DNA of 60,573 nt from Anaerolineae bacterium (GTDB lineage: Bacteria; Chloroflexota; Anaerolineae; B4-G1). The stretch is from positions 88 to 60,660 of the forward strand of contig JAWLCP010000004.1 of the NCBI GenBank assembly GCA_041687115.1, written 5' to 3'. Positions 57,099-60,573 of this stretch are shown piece after piece. The notes below the pieces were generated by a model that was not told where the DNA came from, did not search any database, and saw only the letters and a list, made by a program, of their open reading frames with translations. Positions within the stretch are counted from its first letter, which is position 1, and each line of letters begins with the position of its first letter. Position numbers and translations under genes: made by a program.

Positions 57099-58947
57099 GG
57101 CGAGAAAGGAGCGAGAGCGACGAGAAGGTCCGGGCCCAGGACACGGCCCAGGGAGGGGCGGGGCGCGCATCGAGCGGGCGGAGGACGTCGGGGGCACCTT
57201 AGGACGGCTACTGGCGGCCTTTCGACCCTACACCCTGAGGCTGATCGTCGTCTTCTTCCTGGTGATCGTCAGCACGGCGCTCAACCTGGTAGCCCCGTTC
57301 TTCATGGGGCTGGCCATCGACCGTTTCATCGGCGCGGGGGACGCGGGCGGCCTGCGGCGCATGGTGGTGCTGATGCTGGGAGCGTACCTGGGCGCCTGGC
57401 TGGCCCAGGGAGGGCAGTCCTTGCTCATGGCGACGATCTCCCAGCAGCTGCTGCGGGACCTGCGGGAGCGCCTGTTCGTCCATCTCCAGAGCCTGTCGCT
57501 CAGTTTCTTCGACCGCCATCCCCACGGCGAGCTGATGAGCCGTCTGACGAACGACCTGGACGTCCTGAATCGCGTCCTCTCGCAGCAGGTGACCCAGACG
57601 GTCTCCGGGCTGCTCACGCTGGTCGGAATCCTGGTGATGATGTTCGCCATCAACTTCTGGCTGGCGTTGGGCTCCATGATCGTGTTTCCCTTCATGCTCT
57701 GGTTCGTGGGCTGGGTGGGCCAGCGCACGCGGAGCGGATTCCGGGACTACCAGCGGCGCATCGGGCAGCTGAACGGGCAGTTGGAGGAGATGTTCAGCGG
57801 GCAGCGCGTCATCATCGCCTACGGTCAGGAGGCCCGCGCGTTGGCCGACTTCGACCGGGCGAACGAGGTGGTGCGGGATGTGGGCACTCGTGCTCAGACC
57901 TTAGCCATGCTCGTCGCGCCCCTGATGGGCATTCTGAGCAACGCGAACATCGCCATCCTGGCCGGACTGGGCGGGTGGATGGTGCTGGAGGGCCTGGCCA
58001 CCGTGGGCACCATCGCCACCTTCTACAACTACTCCCGCCGCTTCGCCGCACCGCTGCGGCAGCTGGGCGACCTCTACAACCAGCTCCAGTCGGCTCTCGC
58101 CGGTGCCGAGCGCGTCTTCCAGATCCTCGACGAGGAGCCGGACATGCCCGACGCACCGGATGCGGTGGAGCTTGAGGAGGTCGACGGCGAGGTCGTGTTC
58201 GACCACGTCGACTTCGGCTACGAGCCCGGCGTCCCGGTCATCAAGGACGTCAGCCTGGAGGCGTGGCCGGGCCGGACCTTCGCCCTCGTCGGGCCGACGG
58301 GAGCCGGCAAGACCACGATGGTCAGCCTGTTGACGCGCTTCTACGACGTCGATGCTGGATCGATCTCCATCGACGGGGTCGACATCCGCGACGTGATCAA
58401 GGAGAGCCTGCGCCGGCAGCTGGGCATCGTACTGCAGGACACGTTCCTGTTCTCCGAGTCGGTCATGGAGAACATCCGCTACGGACGGCTCGACGCGACG
58501 GACGAGGAGGTGATCGCCGCGACGGAGCTGGCGAACGCCGATCAGTTCATCCGCCGTCTTCCGGAGGGGTACGACACGAAGCTGACGGAGCGGGGGGGGA
58601 ACCTGAGCCAGGGGCAGCGACAGCTGCTCGCCATTGCCCGCGCGATCCTGGCCGACCCGAGGATCCTCGTCCTCGACGAGGCGACCAGCAGCGTCGACAC
58701 GCGGACCGAGATGCGCATCCAGGAGGCGCTGCTGCGGCTGATGGAGGGGCGGACGAGCTTCGTCATCGCCCACCGCCTCAGCACCATCCGGGATGCCGAT
58801 CGCATCCTCGTGGTGCGGGACGGCCGCATCGTGGAGCGTGGGAACCACGAGGAGCTGCTGGCCCGGCGCGGCTTCTACCACGACCTGTACACCAGCCAGT
58901 TCAAGGGGCGCGAGATCCCGGAGGGAACGGTCGCCGCCGTCCGCTGA
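57091..58947 (+). CDS. Heterodimeric ABC exporter, consensus-site subunit
   Basis: TMD plus GPTGAGKTT, LSQGQ, LDEATSSVD, IAHR. Confidence 0.94.
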   Translation: MAEARKERERREGPGPGHGPGRGGARIERAEDVGGTLGRLLAAFRPYTLRLIVVFFLVIVSTALNLVAPFFMGLAIDRFIGAGDAGGLRRMVVLMLGAYLGAWLAQGGQSLLMATISQQLLRDLRERLFVHLQSLSLSFFDRHPHGELMSRLTNDLDVLNRVLSQQVTQTVSGLLTLVGILVMMFAINFWLALGSMIVFPFMLWFVGWVGQRTRSGFRDYQRRIGQLNGQLEEMFSGQRVIIAYGQEARALADFDRANEVVRDVGTRAQTLAMLVAPLMGILSNANIAILAGLGGWMVLEGLATVGTIATFYNYSRRFAAPLRQLGDLYNQLQSALAGAERVFQILDEEPDMPDAPDAVELEEVDGEVVFDHVDFGYEPGVPVIKDVSLEAWPGRTFALVGPTGAGKTTMVSLLTRFYDVDAGSISIDGVDIRDVIKESLRRQLGIVLQDTFLFSESVMENIRYGRLDATDEEVIAATELANADQFIRRLPEGYDTKLTERGGNLSQGQRQLLAIARAILADPRILVLDEATSSVDTRTEMRIQEALLRLMEGRTSFVIAHRLSTIRDADRILVVRDGRIVERGNHEELLARRGFYHDLYTSQFKGREIPEGTVAAVR

Positions 58948-59018
58948 GGGAGCAGCTGGATCTGATCGGCTGCAGCCTGGGATTGACGGGGCTCGGTCGT
59001 TGAGAGAGCCGTGGGTCG

Positions 59019-60572
59019 TCAGGTGGGACCGTGGACGTCGTCGAGCTCCTCCTCCACCACCTCCTCCAGCGGGCGAGACTGGGCGCGGGCCTTTATGGTG
59101 GTCACCTGGCCCTCGGGCAGCGTGGCCGCGATCTCCGCGAACAGGTTGGCGGTCTGCTCCTCCACCGCCTGGCTGATGGCGGACTGACCCAGGGCGAAGG
59201 CAACCAGAGCCAGCGCTCGTCCCGCGTTCCCCCCATCGGCCCACAGACGGGCGAGGCCCACCAGCGTCTTCAGAACGGTGGGGATGGCGCTGGCGTCCCG
59301 GGCGATCTCCAGGGCCTCGCGGAAGCTCTCCCAGGCCCGGTCCCGTTGGCCCAGACGGTAGCAGGCTTGTGCGAGGTTTGCCAGCGTGTTGGCCAGCCCT
59401 GCTCGAACGCCCACCTGCCGATAGAGTTCGACGCTATCGCGACAGAGGCGTTCCGCGCTCACGTAATCGGCCTGCTCCATGGCGATATACCCGAGATTGT
59501 TCAACGTGATCGCCACACCCCAGGTGTCGCCTAGCTCTCGGTAGACCGACGACGCCTCACGCATCCAGCGCCTGGCCGCCTCTGGATCTCCCAGTCGGAA
59601 CGCCGCGTGACCGAGATGCGTGAACGCGTTGGCCGTGCCCACCCTGTAGCCGACCTCCTGGCAGATCTTCAAAGAGGCTTGTAGGACCTCCTGGGCCTCA
59701 GCGTATTCACCCAGAGTGCACTGCACCAACGCGAGGTTGTTCAGTGCGGAGGCGATGCCCTGGCGATCGCCGATCTGTCGGCGGAGCCTCAGGCTTTCCT
59801 GACACTGTGCTTTGGCCTCGTCGAAGGCACCCCGGCGGCGCGAGACCAGACAAAGGTTCCCGAGGGTGACCGCCATTCCCCATAGATCCCCGTATTCTCG
59901 GTAGAGATCCAGACTGCGGCCAAAATAGGCCTCGGCCTGAGTATAGTCGCCCCGAATGTGCGCCATATACCCGAGGCCGTGCAGCGGGAGCGCCATCTCG
60001 CGCCGGGCCCCCAGGCGTTCGAAGACGGACAGGCTGCCCTCGAACAGCTGCTGGGCCTGATCGGCGTGCTGCGTGAACTCGCAGCACTTCCCCTGCCGCG
60101 CCAGCAACTGTCCCCAGAGCCGCTGTTCGTCTGGAGTCAGGTCCTCGAGCGTCGCCTCCCGTGGAAGCAGGGCAGCGGCCGCCCCGGCGAACGTCTGCGT
60201 ACCCTCTTGATACCAGCCCTGCATGCGGTAGAAAACGTACAGGGCCTCCAACGATCTCCCCACCACGTCCATCGCCGCCCCGTCTCCCAATCCACGAGTC
60301 AGGCGATCGACGGCCCAGCGCCAGCCTGCTCGCACGTTGTCGATCTCGGCCCGGATGGCGTTCACCGCCTCTCGCTGGTGTGCTCCCTTCAGCGCCGGCT
60401 CCTGGGCCTCAAGAAAGGCCGCGTAATGGTCAGCGTGCCGCGCTCGCGCCTCCGCCTGCTGCTCGCGGTCCTCATGCAGCTTCTCGGCGGCGTACTGCCG
60501 CAAGAGCTCGTGCACGTGGTAGCGCCCATCAGACGCCCGCACCAGGAGCGACTTGCCGACCAGAGCGGACAG
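59019..60572 (-). CDS. C-terminal part of a TPR-repeat protein, probably STAND/NB-ARC ATPase type (partial)
   Basis: LVGKSLL...RYHVHELLRQYA winged-helix motif, EIDNVRAGWRWA, about 7 TPRs (ALNNLA/TLNNLG); frame open to the window end. Confidence 0.85.
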   Translation of the reverse strand: MSALVGKSLLVRASDGRYHVHELLRQYAAEKLHEDREQQAEARARHADHYAAFLEAQEPALKGAHQREAVNAIRAEIDNVRAGWRWAVDRLTRGLGDGAAMDVVGRSLEALYVFYRMQGWYQEGTQTFAGAAAALLPREATLEDLTPDEQRLWGQLLARQGKCCEFTQHADQAQQLFEGSLSVFERLGARREMALPLHGLGYMAHIRGDYTQAEAYFGRSLDLYREYGDLWGMAVTLGNLCLVSRRRGAFDEAKAQCQESLRLRRQIGDRQGIASALNNLALVQCTLGEYAEAQEVLQASLKICQEVGYRVGTANAFTHLGHAAFRLGDPEAARRWMREASSVYRELGDTWGVAITLNNLGYIAMEQADYVSAERLCRDSVELYRQVGVRAGLANTLANLAQACYRLGQRDRAWESFREALEIARDASAIPTVLKTLVGLARLWADGGNAGRALALVAFALGQSAISQAVEEQTANLFAEIAATLPEGQVTTIKARAQSRPLEEVVEEELDDVHGPT

Positions 60573-60573
60573 C

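Overview
A GC-rich bacterial window whose gene content and protein style suggest Chloroflexota/Anaerolineae (inference). It has three parts. (1) ~0.9-14.4 kb is a NarX/NarL-type signalling hub: two HisKA_3 kinases (one soluble PAS/GAF, one membrane-bound beta-propeller/Y_Y_Y-GAF3), two standard NarL/LuxR regulators, a receiver-only protein and an unusual REC-LuxR HTH-PP2C(SpoIIE) fusion. (2) ~14.4-44.2 kb is a strictly co-oriented accessory island of membrane proteins, CPBP proteases, hydrolases, GNATs, a GyrI-like protein and ABC exporters, with many pseudogenes and deletion scars. (3) ~44.4-60.6 kb holds more housekeeping-like genes: a divergent glpX, SulP-rhodanese, pepF, an SLC13 permease, a heterodimeric ABC exporter and a partial TPR protein. 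The strongest unannotated signal is a 123-bp gap-free non-coding module present in four full copies (15859, 22833, 33877, 36268) and one truncated copy (14673). Each full copy has four phased 16-bp NarL-like boxes, a central hairpin and an ATGACN-N17-TAnnnT promoter, so it is a candidate repeatedly copied regulatory module linking the island to the neighbouring two-component cluster. I recognised no tRNA, rRNA, CRISPR array, integrase or transposase. All family calls come from motifs read by eye, without database searches.
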